This document shows, in pieces, positions 13,340 through 26,546 of a stretch of 64,000 nt of DNA. The translations under genes were made by a program, and so were the position numbers. This DNA comes from Octopus vulgaris. Lineage: Eukaryota. The notes below the pieces were generated by a model that did not search any database, had not been told where the DNA came from, and saw only the letters and a list, made by a program, of their open reading frames with translations. Location: positions 52,886,001 to 52,950,000 of the forward strand of contig OX597819.1 of assembly GCA_951406725.2 (NCBI GenBank). Reading direction: 5' to 3'. How positions within the stretch are numbered: the stretch's first letter is position 1; each line of letters opens with the position of its first letter.

Positions 13340-13775
13340 GACAGGCTTACACACACACACAACATTGCTATTATGCAAAAGTGTCGTAAGTCCAAAACAT
13401 TGCCCTTTCAGAAAAAGAAAAAATAATTTCCCTATTCCATAAGAAAACCATTGTACTACAGTTTGACAATTTTTAATATCTTGGTGTCTGAATCAGCTGG
13501 AGATACGATAGTTTGAACAAAAGAACTGGGCAACTGCAAGCAAAAATAAATATTGGAAAAAGAACAACACATTTGACCAAATTTGGACATACAACAGTTT
13601 AACATAATAGCAACAATATATATCTATACATAATGGGCTCACACCCACTTTCAGTCTGTCAAATTTACTTACAAGGCACTGGTCGAATGACAATTGCCTA
13701 AGGTGCCACACAGTAGGACTGAACCTGAAACCATGTAGTGACAAAGCGAGGTTCTTAAACACATAACCATGATTA
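13125..13775 (-). mobile_element. Fragmented SINE family A (tail 13125-13350, head 13640-13775)
   Basis: GTTTCAGTCATT...GTGGCCATGCTGGG and CCTAAGGTGCCACACAGTAGGACTGAACC are reverse complements of family A segments. Confidence 0.7.
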
Positions 13776-14048
13776 AAAAGAAGAAGAAGAAGAAAAAGCA
13801 AAATAGTTTGTATGTGATCAATCAACCAGTTAGAATTAACAGCCCAATCCTCTTCAAATCAGTCTTAAAAAGGAAGGTGGGGAGATACATTGGATAATGT
13901 AGTCCTAGATACATTATGGCTGATTAGAAAAGTAAAAAAAAGAAGAAAAAAAGAAAACTGGATGGTTATGGCTAAAACACCTTTGATCATACATCTGGAT
14001 ACTTTTAGGATTGACTAAGGGCCAAAACAAGATCAACAACATAAAATG

Positions 14049-14083
<35 letters not shown>

Positions 14084-15634
14084 GCAAAAACATGAAAGTG
14101 ACCACATTTCACAAGACCACTGTGTATGTAACTAAATAATACATGAAACTATTTGCTTAAAAAATAAATAAATCATAACAACAAAAAGAAAACAAAAAAA
14201 AAACAGAAGGAAAAACTAATACAAAGCAAGAAACCACAAAACAAAGCAAAAAAAAAAAAGAATAAAAAGAAAGGGGGGGAAAAGAAAAAAGACAGTTTCG
14301 ATGTATTGGGAAAAACTCATATTCAACTTCAGTACTTGGCCTTCCTACACCACTTTTAACTAATGCATGAGAATGTCTAGGTGGAGAGAAGGTGTGTGTG
14401 TGTATGTGTATGTGTGTGTGTGTGTGTGTGTGAGGAAGTGAGACAATGTTTGGATAGTTTCAGCTTGAATACATAGATCAAGTGTATGATATACACCAGA
14501 GTGGAGGTATGGTTTACATAGTGATATTGTCTGACGCTGGCTAACAACATACGCAGTTCTTCTGTCTTCACCACCACCACCAACAACAACAAACACACAA
14601 ACTATCTCACACACACACACAGAAACACACAGAGAAACACTCGCTGAACTATTTCCCAAACAATTCTCTCCAACAATTTCGGCTGAATAAAAGAACGGCT
14701 GCAAACTCTTAAGTAACTTCTTCCTCATACTTCTCCTTCCTCTTCAACACTTTTGTCAGGCTTTTTACATTCATTCTTAACTAAGAAGCATCTATTTTCC
14801 TTCTACTCCGAACATTCTCTCTCAATCACTATTTCACCTCTCAACCCCAAAAAAACTTCCAACCCATCTTCCTAACCATTATTGTCCCCTAAGCCATTTA
14901 CCTTCCCCCTAACACTTTTAGCAAAGCCACAAACCTTTTATTTTTATTTATCGTTTTTTTTTTAATGCTTTTTTTTTTTACCTTGTAGTACTAACACACA
15001 ACACCACAAAGCTTCTCCCCCCCCCCCCAACCTGTCACAATGCCCTGCTCCACTATAGTAACTCCTCATCATCATCAGTGTGCACCTGGTTGGAACAAAG
15101 TAACAAACACACCACCTCTCACCTCAAAAGCTTCACTTCCAGCAACACCCCTCCCATGAGGATCCCTCCTAAAACTCCTGCTGGGTCCCCACCACCAACA
15201 CTACAACCACCATGTTCACATATGCATATAAATACCCCCCACCACCACACTACTACTACTACCAAGACACCCATTATTTCAGCACATTTACAAACCCATT
15301 CTTCCTGATAACCCCCCTCCCCCAGTATCCATACTTTGTCCCCTCCTTCTTTAGACAACCATCCCCCCACACACACACACTGCCAAACACCCCACCACTT
15401 CTATGATACCCAGCCCATAACTAACCCACCCCTTCTCTTCCTTGTTGTTGATATAGTGGTGGTTTTTATTTCTGTTCTTGTTTTTGTAGTTACAGGTTCC
15501 CCTCTCGCTCCCCCCACCCCCACCCCCTACCCCACCGGCTATGTCTATTTGTCATTCTGGTGAGCTGCTGTGTTCACTAACCAAGTTCTAATTTCTTTGC
15601 ATGTGGAGAGTGCTGATTATGGAGTAGTAACACC

Positions 15635-15638
<4 letters not shown>

Positions 15639-15706
<68 letters not shown>

Positions 15707-15714
15707 GAGAGAGA
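15639..15714. repeat. (GA)n microsatellite
   Basis: Read directly from the sequence. Confidence 0.98.
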
Positions 15715-15894
15715 GCATTTGTTGGGTAAAAGCAGAGAGAAAAAGAAAGGTCAAGAAAGGGCAAGAGACAGGGAGAGAGAGAGTAAGACATTCACACATA
15801 CACATGTGTGTGTGAGTGTATGCACACGCATGTGCATTTGTGCATGTTTTATACACACACACACGCGTGTGGTGTGTGTGTGTGTGTGTGTGTA

Positions 15895-15943
<49 letters not shown>

Positions 15944-15949
15944 CCTAAC

Positions 15950-16018
<69 letters not shown>

Positions 16019-16239
16019 TTTCACACTGATATGAAATGCAAAACCAAAAAACATGGTACTCAATAATAGGTAGTAAAATAATATTGCTTATTGAAAGCTG
16101 ACCCTAGAGGAGTTGTTGCTCAAGAGCTCCTCATTCCCTGGATTATCAGGTGACTAAAGACCTTAAAGAACTGAATGGTGACAGATACATTTTGAATAAA
16201 TTATATCATTGAGTTATATCTATCTGCTTATGTATGAGT

Positions 16240-16426
16240 ATGTGTGTGTGTGTGTGTGAATACTTGCCTAAATGTGTGTGTGTGTGATTACTTGCCTGTG
16301 TGTGTGTGTGTGTGTGTGAATACTTGCCTAAATGCATGTGTGTGAATCCTTGTGTGTGTGTGTGAATACTTGCCTAACTGTGTGTGTGTGTGTGTGTGTG
16401 AATACTTGCCTAACTGTGTGTGTGAA
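16240..16426. repeat. Compound minisatellite: AATACTTGCCTAA-like motif separated by variable (TG)n
   Basis: Six motif copies near 16259, 16286, 16319, 16345, 16365 and 16401. Confidence 0.92.
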
Positions 16427-16878
16427 GGACATATCTATACATATGGGTCCTCTACAATACACACACACACACACATGTGGTACTATTTGTGGTAGGGCTA
16501 CATGAGTATATTACATCTAATATATGTAAACACATACATTTTTATATATGCATATACAGACACATTATGTATGTACACACACACAGTTGAAGAGATTAGG
16601 TACTGTTCCCTTATCTATCTATACACTTTATGGGAAAGGAAGGAAAAGTAAATTAAAACAGAAAATATAAATGAATAAAACAAATGGTGTCAGAGAACAC
16701 ACACACACACACACATTATGCGGGGGGGGGGGGGTAAACCACACAAAGAAATAAGTAAAGGAAGTATATAAGAAAACATGACAAAAAGGCCAGGGAAAAA
16801 CAAAAAAAAAATCTCTACTTCCTTCACCCTTCCCACCTCTTTCTGATGGAATTTACCAGGGTTCTCAGACTGAACCAG

Positions 16879-16929
<51 letters not shown>

Positions 16930-17201
16930 GCACTGGTCCCTTCTTTTCTCATATTGAAGTCCCAAGTTGGCTACAATGAAGGGTTGTATCTGTATCATCT
17001 CAGCCGAAGGAGGAGGCCCCTTACGGTAGCTTCATCTGCTAAACACAGCAGTCAAATCTACCCGAGATCACACCCTAGCTGATTAAATGCATACATGCAT
17101 GCATATATTAGCCCAGAAATAAAGGATGAGATTACCTTTGATCATAGGCCTGACCAGGGTTGAACAACTATTTAAGTGCATCTCTCTCTTTCTTTCTCTC
17201 C

Positions 17202-17238
<37 letters not shown>

Positions 17239-17373
17239 CCACTGACCAAGTCATATACACACTGTGTGTGTGTGTAAGAGAAAAAGTTAATGGCTGTGTG
17301 TTTTGTGTGTGTATGCCTAACATATAATGTTTAAAGAGCCCACCATCAATGTTAAAAACAAATCAACAACGAC

Positions 17374-17419
<46 letters not shown>
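17374..17419. repeat. (AAT)n microsatellite
   Basis: Read directly from the sequence. Confidence 0.98.
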
Positions 17420-17749
17420 GCAGTAGCAGCAATGATAATAAATAGGAGAAACAAATGATGGCAGAGGAAGGGTGGATGCGAAGGTGGTTGAACAGGTACC
17501 CTTACTCACCAACACAATCATATAGTGACTATATGGTTCAGTGAGCAGACCTTACCCAAGTCTAATGGATCAAAGCCACCAGGCTGCTGCCATGTGTTCA
17601 AACATGAAGCCAACAAAAAGAAAACACAAAATCCAATATAAAAATAAACCTTATCATATTGACTATTACCCCTTCTTTACAATGTATTCATTTCTTCATT
17701 TATTTTCTTGTTATCTCAACGTTAAAAGACTGATATAGTAGTGATTAAG

Positions 17750-17825
17750 CAGCCATTGGCTAAACCTAACAACCAATAGCTATAAAGGGGTAACACCATC
17801 AGCCTGTAGCCACCTGTCATTCATT
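17750..17825 (+). promoter_or_regulatory. Possible CCAAT + TATA + Inr core promoter
   Basis: ATTGG at 17755, CCAAT at 17773, TATAAA at 17781 and TCATTC at 17817 lie in repeat-free sequence. This is motif evidence only, and the TATA-Inr spacing is slightly long. Confidence 0.2.
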
Positions 17826-18719
17826 CAGGTTTGCACCAATGAAAACTAAGCAGTTCTCAAGAGACTGAGAACTGCGACACAGCCCACTTTTCCCAGTCTG
17901 TTCCCAGGAAACCAAAAAGCCTATAAAAAAAGAAAAAAGAAAAAAACAAAGCAATAGCTGATATGAAATTTTATCAGCTTTATAAGTGTATTGGTTTTAA
18001 CAAAGTTCACCTCTCAACAGCCCGATAGTGAGTAGTAAGTTTGCGGAAACTGGATACTGTATGATCTGGCAGCTAGTAGTAGCTCTTGTGTAACAACAAA
18101 GTAGGTGTTCAGATTGTGAGGAAATAGTTTGGGCACGGCAGGACTGAAGTGGCTGATAATCAAATGGTAGTTTATTTATGGTAGGGGTTAAAAATACTTA
18201 CACAATATAGCTCTGTCAAGACATACACACACACACACACAGAGCTGAAGCAAGAAACCTCTGTACAAATTATGATTTACAATTTCAGAACACACATTAC
18301 CAAAACATCTAAAAAGAAAGCCAGAGAAAGAGAAAAAGGGAAAGAAGATCTGTCTAGACATGATAATTATGGAAGCAGTGTCACAGATCTTTTGATTAAA
18401 TGCATCTTGACATCTAAATGGTCAACAAAAGGATATTCTTTGTTTTACCAAATCATTTCGTTTTTACAAGGCAATCTTTTAGTCTGATTATAGGAACACG
18501 GAGGAGGGAACAAGCAGGAAGTTAACAAAATGAAACATAGCCTACACGACCCAGTCTTCAAATGGTCTTGTTCCAACATATAATCCCATGTATCAACTTA
18601 TAATCCAAGAGAAATTTCTCTTTGTCTTGAGCCCAAGGATTCACAGGGCATTTAACTTTCTATGGCATATAAGTAATCAAGATGACAATATCATTTCTGA
18701 AGGGGATGCCAGTCTGTTG

Positions 18720-18890
18720 CAGGACTCAGGGCCAGTGATTCTGGAGGAGGGGAGTCAATCATATTGACCCCAGTACAAGAGGAATTCTTTATTTTATCGC
18801 TCCCAAAAAGATGAAAGAAAGTTGCTCTTGGTAGGATTTGAACTTAGGACACAGAATCAGGAATGTCACGTGCTAATGTTTTCTGCCACC
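18720..18890 (-). mobile_element. Diverged SINE family B
   Basis: ATTGACCCCAGTAC...AAAGATGAAAG...GGATTTGAACT is the reverse complement of the family B core. Confidence 0.65.
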
Positions 18891-19173
18891 AAGAGAATGG
18901 GGTAGAGCGCTTTTCCCCTTCTATAAAATGTGATATACAGTTATCATGACCCATTCAACCAAACTTGCTCTATTTAACTTCATTTCTGAAACTATAAAAA
19001 AATTAAAACATGAAAAAAACAAAAAAAACATCACAGCACTTTGAAATACGTTGGCGACAAATTCCTCTCAGCACTTCTCAACTGAAACTAAAACTTATTG
19101 GTAGAGTTATTTCAATTAACAAGCAATAGTTGATTCAATAAACGAGTAACACACACGCACGCACACACGCACG

Positions 19174-19231
<58 letters not shown>

Positions 19232-19234
<3 letters not shown>

Positions 19235-19868
19235 TGCTTCATAACCATGTGGTTCAGTCTCACTGCACAGCACCTTGGCCAAATGTTTTCTACAATAGCC
19301 CAGGGCTGATTAATGCCTTGTAAGTGAATTTAGTAGATGAAAGCAGAGAGCCATCATGTGCGTAAAATTATATATATATGTGTACGAAGGCGGCGAGCTG
19401 ACAGAAACGTTAGCACGCCGGGCGAAATGCGTTGCCGTATTTCGTCTGCCGTTACGTTCCGAGTTCAAATTCCGCCGAGGTCGACTTTGCCTTTCATCCT
19501 TCCGGGGTCGATAAATTAAGTTCCAGTTACGCACTGGGGTCGATGTAATCGACTTAATCCGTTTGTCTGTCCTTGTTTGTCTCCTGTGTTTAGCCCCTTG
19601 TGGGTAGTAAGAAAAAGAAAAAAAATATATATATATATATATATATATGTGTGTACGTACATTTATGTGTGTCTGAGTTTGCCTTCCAATCACTTGACTG
19701 CCGTAGTGGGTCTGTTTACACCACCCCATGACTTAGCGATTCAGCAAAAGAGGATGAAAGGATAAGTACCTGACTAAAAGAAAGTACTGTGTTGATTCAA
19801 TTGACTAAAACCCTTGAAAGCTATGCCCCAGCATGACCACAATTCAATGGACAGAAACAAGCAACTGA
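19232..19868 (+). mobile_element. SINE family A interrupted by a younger family B copy
   Basis: The A head is at 19232-19360 (GGTTCAGTCTCACTGCACAGCACCTTGG). The A tail is at 19660-19868 (ACTTAGCGATTCAGCAAAAGAG...CCAGCATGACCAC). Confidence 0.85.
19389..19620 (+). mobile_element. tRNA-derived SINE, family B, full length and young
   Basis: It has a GGCGGCGAGCTGACAGAA head, a B-box-like GAGTTCAAATTCC and the core GTCGACTTTGCCTTTCATCC. It matches 45090-45320. Confidence 0.92.
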
Positions 19869-20496
19869 ATACCAGCAGTAACAGTAGCTAGGGAATACAC
19901 GAGAAAAGTATGTTAGTCATGAACTGAGGAATAAGAAACATCAGAAAATTCTTTATAAAAGAAATAGTAATAATCTCAAAGAAGCTGAAGAAGCTATGAT
20001 GGATATGGGGAAGCTGATGTCTCTTTTGGTTATAGATTAATGATAACTAGTCATACATAGTCCAGATGAAAGCAGGATATGATATAGTTTGGCTGTGCTC
20101 TTTCATAAACTAAACAGTGGCAAACAACACAATGAAGTCGTGATTAATTTATTCTCAAAGTAAATAAAAGCATGAATGGAAATAAACTTGTTACAACAGG
20201 ATACACTACAAGAAAATGAAGAAGCACGAAGAAGGATAACAAAATCTTCAGAAGGAAGTTCAGAATTTTGGCAATATTTTCAATTCTCATGTTGGATAAT
20301 ATCTAAAACAAAATGAAACAAACAAAACTAGTGTGTGTGTGTGTACACACACGCTGATATTGAACAGTGAGAATGAGTGCTCGACACTGCATTGGTGGAT
20401 AAATATTCTTTATTTTATGAGTTGACAGGCTTGGTAATTGCTAAGATTTCTCATGACATGATAAACCAATGATAGTCTTGTTGGTCCACAAATATA

Positions 20497-20536
<40 letters not shown>

Positions 20537-20589
20537 GAGAGAGAGTGTGTGTGTGTATACATGTTGACTTCTTTCCCTTCATTTTTGTT

Positions 20590-20905
20590 TAACTGGTTTC
20601 AGTCTCTGGACTATGGCCATGTTGGGGCACCATCTTCAGTCGTTTTAGTCAATCCTACTGACCCCCCTCCCCAGTACTTACCTTATTAATTACTATTTGT
20701 CAAGCTGCTAAGTTATGGGACACAAAGGGGGCACATCATACATAACGACATCATTTATTAGATTGGTATAAATGTAAACACACTAGTGACAGGCTTTTGC
20801 ACAGTTTCAACCAACAAAATTCCATTCGACCTAAGGATATAATAGAGGAAACTTGTCTAGAAACACCAAATCACAGAACAAGCTTCTTGACCTCAAAGCT
20901 ATGCT
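20590..20905 (-). mobile_element. Diverged SINE family A
   Basis: GTTTCAGTC...TATGGCCATGTTGGGGCACC...GCTAAGTTATGGG...GACAGGCTTTTGCACAGTTTC. Confidence 0.65.
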
Positions 20906-21057
20906 AAATACTGTACATACACACAAAGATATTTTGTCTTGGATGTCTGTACAGGAGGACATGGTAAGACCACTTAGAATAGTGTACTCAAATTATTAAT
21001 ACTGAGCATGAATAGGTTTTATTGAGTGAGTCCAACAAAAGGTATTTTGTTTCATTT

Positions 21058-21089
<32 letters not shown>

Positions 21090-22774
21090 GACACACATGC
21101 ATACATACACAGTGTACATTATATAACAAAAAGTAATAAACAATGTATTAAGAGTATTACATAAAAATAAGCAGATATAAAATTCTTAAGTTCTGAATAT
21201 GAGAATACATAAACAGCAATGAAGGAGTATAAATATTTCAGTGTTGAAATAGAAAATGGACAATAAAAAAAAGTGCTTTTTAAGAGAGTAAATGTAAATA
21301 TGGAAAGAATGAGAAAGAAAGAGAGAGAGAGAGAGATAGAGAGAGATGGGGGGGAGAGAGTTTGGGGGAGACTTCAACCGGCAGCAATTGTTAAAATACA
21401 CATAACTCTACGAAGTTATTGTATAGAGGCTGTCTTAAAAAAAATATTATCCAAAGAGAAAAAAAAGAAAGAAAGAAAGAATTTTTTTTTTAAATGGTTG
21501 TCATATGAAAACATGATTTATTTATTATAACACAGCATTATTTTTCTTTATGTTGCAATTACTTAAACAGGAGAGTAGGGAAAAAAAAAAAAAAAACAGA
21601 AGAAAAAAAGAAAACAAATAAAGAGAGTTTATTTACTCAAAAAATCTGAAGTGGTTCTTCTTCTTGTTGATAATGTTATTAATAACATTGATGATATTCT
21701 TGATGTTTAGTGCTTTTTTTTTCAATCCCACCTCTCTTCTTCCCCTCTATACTCCTTCTCCATACAACACACACACACATCTTCACCCTCTTGTGAGCAC
21801 ATTCCAATTTATGTAGCCAGCCGCTATAAATCAAAAGGCTGCACTTGTGAGAGAAAAATAAAAAAAAAAAGAGCCCTTGAAAGAATCCTCAGGTTTACTC
21901 CCTTGGCTTCTAATGTTGCTTCTTCTTTTTCTAAATCTTGCTGGAAGGTCTGTTCCTACATTAAAATTTTCTGAAGGGGTTAAGTGGGAAGGACTAAAAG
22001 AATTGATAAGGCTCTTCCCTGATTGTTGGGGTAGTCCTCTAGATCTCACCACCACCACCACTAACCCAACACATACAGACCCCTACTTGGTGGAGGGGGG
22101 TGTTTTCAAATGTCAAAGCTGGGTTTCATGCTGACCTAGATCTACAAACAGTTTAGTTTTAAATGTTCTGGTGTGTAATAACCCCACCCTGCAAACATGA
22201 CAGGATACCAAGGGTAAATCACTAGAAAATTCAGATAGAAATAATGCCTTATGTAAATGACTTCTAACAAGTGAGAGATGAAGAGATGGAGGGGAGTGCA
22301 AAGCAGGAGGAAGGTGGTGGGAAACAGAATGTCAGGGAGAGAGAGACCACCAAAAATAGTGTTTCTCTTGTAGCTTAAACAGAGCATAATGAAGTATCAA
22401 AAGAGAAATGTTTCATGTTAGTGTATCCTCCTCCTTGAGAAAAATCAAGAATTCTGATTCTTTCTCTTTTTCTTTTCCCCTCTTTTAGACAACATTACTT
22501 TCTAATGAGACATCATTTCTTTTCTAGTTACTAAACAAGAAAATTGAATGAACTATAATTCTCTCCTTTTTCTCTTGTGCGCCCTCTCCCTCCCTCTCTC
22601 TCTCTCTCTCTACATCTCATCCTGTTTCAGTAATTCAGATGCTGTTTTTCCTAAGATCACATGGGTTGGATGGTTCTTCAAATCCATACATACCCAGTGA
22701 CAAAAGTTTTCAAAATAATTATTTCACTTGCCAACACAAAAAAATCAACTGTGAAATGAATACAGTGCTCAGTT

Positions 22775-23108
22775 CTGCTTTACAACCATTTGGTTTTAGG
22801 TTTAGTCCCACTGTAGGACACTGTGAGCAAGTGTCTTCTACTATAGTTCTGGATCGAGCAACGCCTTATGAATTTGGTAGACAGAAACTGTGTGGAAGCT
22901 CATCATGGGTATGACTGTCTCCCCACTGTTTGACTGGTGCTGGCTTGTTTACATACCCATGTTGTAGTGGTTCAGCGAAGGAGATCAATAAAATAAGAAC
23001 TAGACTGTAAAAAAAAGAAAATAAGTACTGGGGTGAAGTCATTTGACTATAAACCCTTCAAGGTGGTGCCCAAGCATGGCCACATTCCAATGAATGAAAC
23101 AGAAGATA
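22775..23108 (+). mobile_element. Diverged SINE family A
   Basis: GGTTTAGTCCCACTG...CAAGTGTCTTCTACTATAG...GAATTTGGTAGACAGAAACTG...GCATGGCCAC. Confidence 0.85.
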
Positions 23109-23462
23109 AAATATAGTTCTTGCAACTATTTACGTTGATAGGAGTAAAAAGTGTGAATATGATTCTGCCATACCCGGCTTGAGTTGTAACCATGAATTCT
23201 TTATTATGAGGTTCCCAAACAACTGGTGTCACTCTACAAATTAGTCAAACATACTTGTAGGAAATATTCAGATGAGTCCCCACTTTTTTTTTTCTTTTAC
23301 ATTATCTATTTTTAAATTTAATTCAAAAACACATAAATTGTTATTTCTTCAATCCTGGCTTTCTTCACATTTCTTCGCTTGATGAGATAACGAAGGATCC
23401 AATCATCACCTTAGCTCTGATGAATAGACCAGCTTGATAAATTTCAAAGCAAATATATTGAA

Positions 23463-23717
23463 AGGCACATGGCCTAGTGGTTAGGGTGTGGCACTCATGA
23501 TTACAAGATCATGGATTTGATTCCCAGACCAGGTGACACATTGTGTTCTTCAGCAAAACACTTCATTTCACATTGCTTCAGTCGCCTTTTCAGTCAGTGG
23601 GGAATGTTACCCTGCTCGCCTAACCAGCAGGGTGGCATCATTCAAAGGTTAAAACAATGCAAAGTGCATTGTGACTAGTGATGTGTAACATCTAATAGTT
23701 TGGTTTGTCATGTGATA
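23463..23717 (+). mobile_element. tRNA-derived SINE of a further family (F) with a CORE/V-like segment
   Basis: It has an A-box TGGCCTAGTGG and a B-box-like GGATTTGATTCC, followed by GTGTTCTTCAGCAAAACACTT. A related inverted fragment lies at ~32660-32765. Confidence 0.7.
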
Positions 23718-23984
23718 AAGAATACACTGTGTGTGTGTGTGTGTGTTTAGAACATGATTAATGCTTTATTTTACTGAACCATAGAGAATCCATCATATAT
23801 AAACTACTGTATCTACATTAATATATTACAGGTTCGAGTTTCGTGGACTTTTGAAAAATAAAAATAAGTCATTCCTAAAACAAGGTTTTGAGTTATTTTT
23901 TTTTCTTTTGGTCTTTTCTTATTTGTAAGCTGTTCAGCTACATCAAGAACTGGCGGCACAAAAAAAGGAAACCAGGTAAACTAT

Positions 23985-24160
23985 AAAGTGGCTGTGTTAG
24001 GAAGGGCGGGCAGCCAGCCATAGAAACTATGCCTGAGCTGATACTGGAGCTTGGTGCAAACCTGCAGTTCACTGAACCCTGTGAAAACCCTCCAACACAT
24101 GCCAGCATGGAAAACGGACATTAAGTGGTGGTGGTGGTGGTGGTGGTGATGATGATGATT
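23985..24160 (+). mobile_element. Diverged RTE-LINE tail (family D)
   Basis: GTTAGGAAGGGC...CCAACACATGCCAGCATGGAAAACGGACATTAA followed by (GGT)n(GAT)n. Confidence 0.75.
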
Positions 24161-26049
24161 GACATTGACACAAATCCATTGATGGGAAGAGGAAGGAAAA
24201 AAATTCTCAGAGACTTTGAACTCAGTATCAGGATGGGTGAAACTAAATATCATAGAACATTTGGTACGTTTAGTCATATATTTGATAGTTCCGGCTGCGA
24301 TTGAGATGTGACAGAATAAGTATGTTAAGTCAAAGACAGAAATTGTTAGAATTGACTAGAAACTGGTAAAGCAGCAGGTTAAACACTTCTGCTTTATCAA
24401 TATTACAGTTGTATGTTGGAACAAGATGAAAAGATAAGAAGTAGTCATTTTAGTAATACAATCACAGGAGTTCAAATAAAGATTCCAGTATTTGTGCTTT
24501 GCATTTTAAGCAGAGGCGATTAAACTGGTCTTCTTGACCCTCTTTTTAGAGAGGAAGAGAGAAAGAGTGAGAAACAAGGAGAGAGATGGAGGCAGAAAAG
24601 AGGAGAGAAAGACTGAAGTCTGTGTCAAAGTGCCAGACTGACTGAAAACTGGCAAATAGTTGGGTAGTTTACAGTGTGGAGGGATCAAATTGTCTCAAAG
24701 GAGAAAAAGTAATAAACTAACAAAAGGAATGAAAAATGAAACCATAATAACAGCTGATTAAATAACATCAAAGGAATAAGTGAGATAAAACTGCAACTGA
24801 ATACACATCCTCAGCAGAAGAATTCAACAGAATGTTTGCCACTCGGGGTGTATTTGTGTGTATGCATCTGCGCTTTGCATGTGTATGTGCGCTTGTGTGT
24901 GTGTTTGCACATATGCAGTGAGCACATGTGTAAAAACATTTTAGTGTGTATTTAAGCATTTATACAAATGTTTATTAGATTTAATGGCTTTCAATGAGTA
25001 ATATTATCTAGTCCATTGAATCTAGACAGAAGCACCCGGCACAAACCCCCACCATCAACAATTGTAAAGCGTTACACTTGCTCTGTACACATGAAGTTTA
25101 GAAATAGCATCACATGTGAGTGAGTGAGTGAGAGAGAGAGAGAGAGAGAGAAAGAAAGAGAGAGAGAGAGTATAATAAGAAATTGAGAATGATAGAGAAA
25201 GAAAGAGAGAATAAGAATTACTAACATCTGCTTCACTCTGTCCATAACTTAATGTAAAAACTAGAGGAAGCTGACACAGCACAAGTAGTAAATAAAATAT
25301 ATATTTCCTGTATGTACTAAACTAGCTGTGATCATTAGTTGAAAGTAAAAAGTAAAAAACAAAAGGAAAAAAAAACTCACAAAACACCACGACATGCCGG
25401 ATTGGGACAGGAATGATAAGCAATCATTAAATTTTTTATTGGCTGCTAGAGTAACAAAGTTCCATAATGATATCAGTTTTAAGAGCAATGCTCTCTGGTA
25501 GCATTCCTAGAAGCTTTGTAACTATAGAACTGCCTGCCTGTGACATCCCCTTGTACATTATCTATTAAGATAGTCTTATAACCAAATACTTTCTAGAAAT
25601 TGGTTCAACAAGGGAGACAGGTAAGACAACCAAGGTTGAGGCTAGGATCTTTTGAAAGATATCAGCTTTGGTTATGTTCTGCAATTGTTTCTTCTTCAAG
25701 TTTTTGTCATAACAGGCAGCAAAAAAAAAAGAGTTTTTTTTCATGGTCACTAGACATGCTAGAAGTATAAAAATAGCATGGATAATGTAGCCCCATACTC
25801 TATATACTATGACAACAATGACTGCTTCAACAAAAATATACACACACACATGCATGTGTGCATGAACACATCCCAGAGGTAAAAAAAAGTGTGCTTCACA
25901 ACCACGTGCTTTCAGCTTCAATCCCACCAAGGACTAATGCCTCATCAGTGAATTTGTATGCTTACATTATAGATTTTAGACAACAAATTTTTACCCAATG
26001 AATTATTGCAAGGTACAAAATATCTGTGTTTGCATTTTGGAAATTGAAC

Positions 26050-26462
26050 CCAGGTTGTATGGTTAAGAAGTTCATTTCAGAACCACATGATTAAGGGTTT
26101 GGTATCACAGTATGAATGCCATCAGCTGGTTTCCTCTACTGTGACCACAGGTTGGTTAATACCATGTGAATGAAATTGGTAGACAGATACAGGAAGCTTG
26201 CTCTGTGTGTGTGTCTGACTGAGTATGGATTTCCCCTCATCTTGGTGTGTTTACATTGATTGTAAACAAAAGCTTCAACATTCATACAAACTGTGACAAC
26301 AAGCCACCCGATAACTGAGTGTTCAAAGTAAAATGGAACAAAATATCCCTTACTTGGAAAACAAGTAAGGATTAGTGACAGGAAGGGTATCTGACTGTAC
26401 AACAATGACTTGATATGTATTCATCTAACCCATGCATGCATGGAGAAACAGACATAAAAGAA
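26050..26462 (+). mobile_element. SINE family C, diverged
   Basis: It has an A-type head (TGGTTAAGAAG...AACCACATG) and the tail CTTACTTGGAAA...CAGGAAGGGTATCTGACTGTA...ACCCATGCATGCATGGA. Confidence 0.7.
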
Positions 26463-26497
26463 ATGAACAAATGAAATAACACACACACACACACACA

Positions 26498-26546
<49 letters not shown>

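Noticed and set aside
15570-16066. Stacked ORFs with ERER, YIYI, HTHT and CVCV tracts (also at 1.2, 38-39, 43.7 and 51.8 kb)
   Set aside because: These are translations of dinucleotide microsatellites.
16240-16426. CRISPR-like repeat-spacer look
   Set aside because: The spacers are only (TG)n, the repeat is 13 bp, the context is eukaryotic and there are no cas genes.
23463-23535. tRNA gene
   Set aside because: A and B boxes are present, but there is no acceptor stem and it continues into a SINE body.
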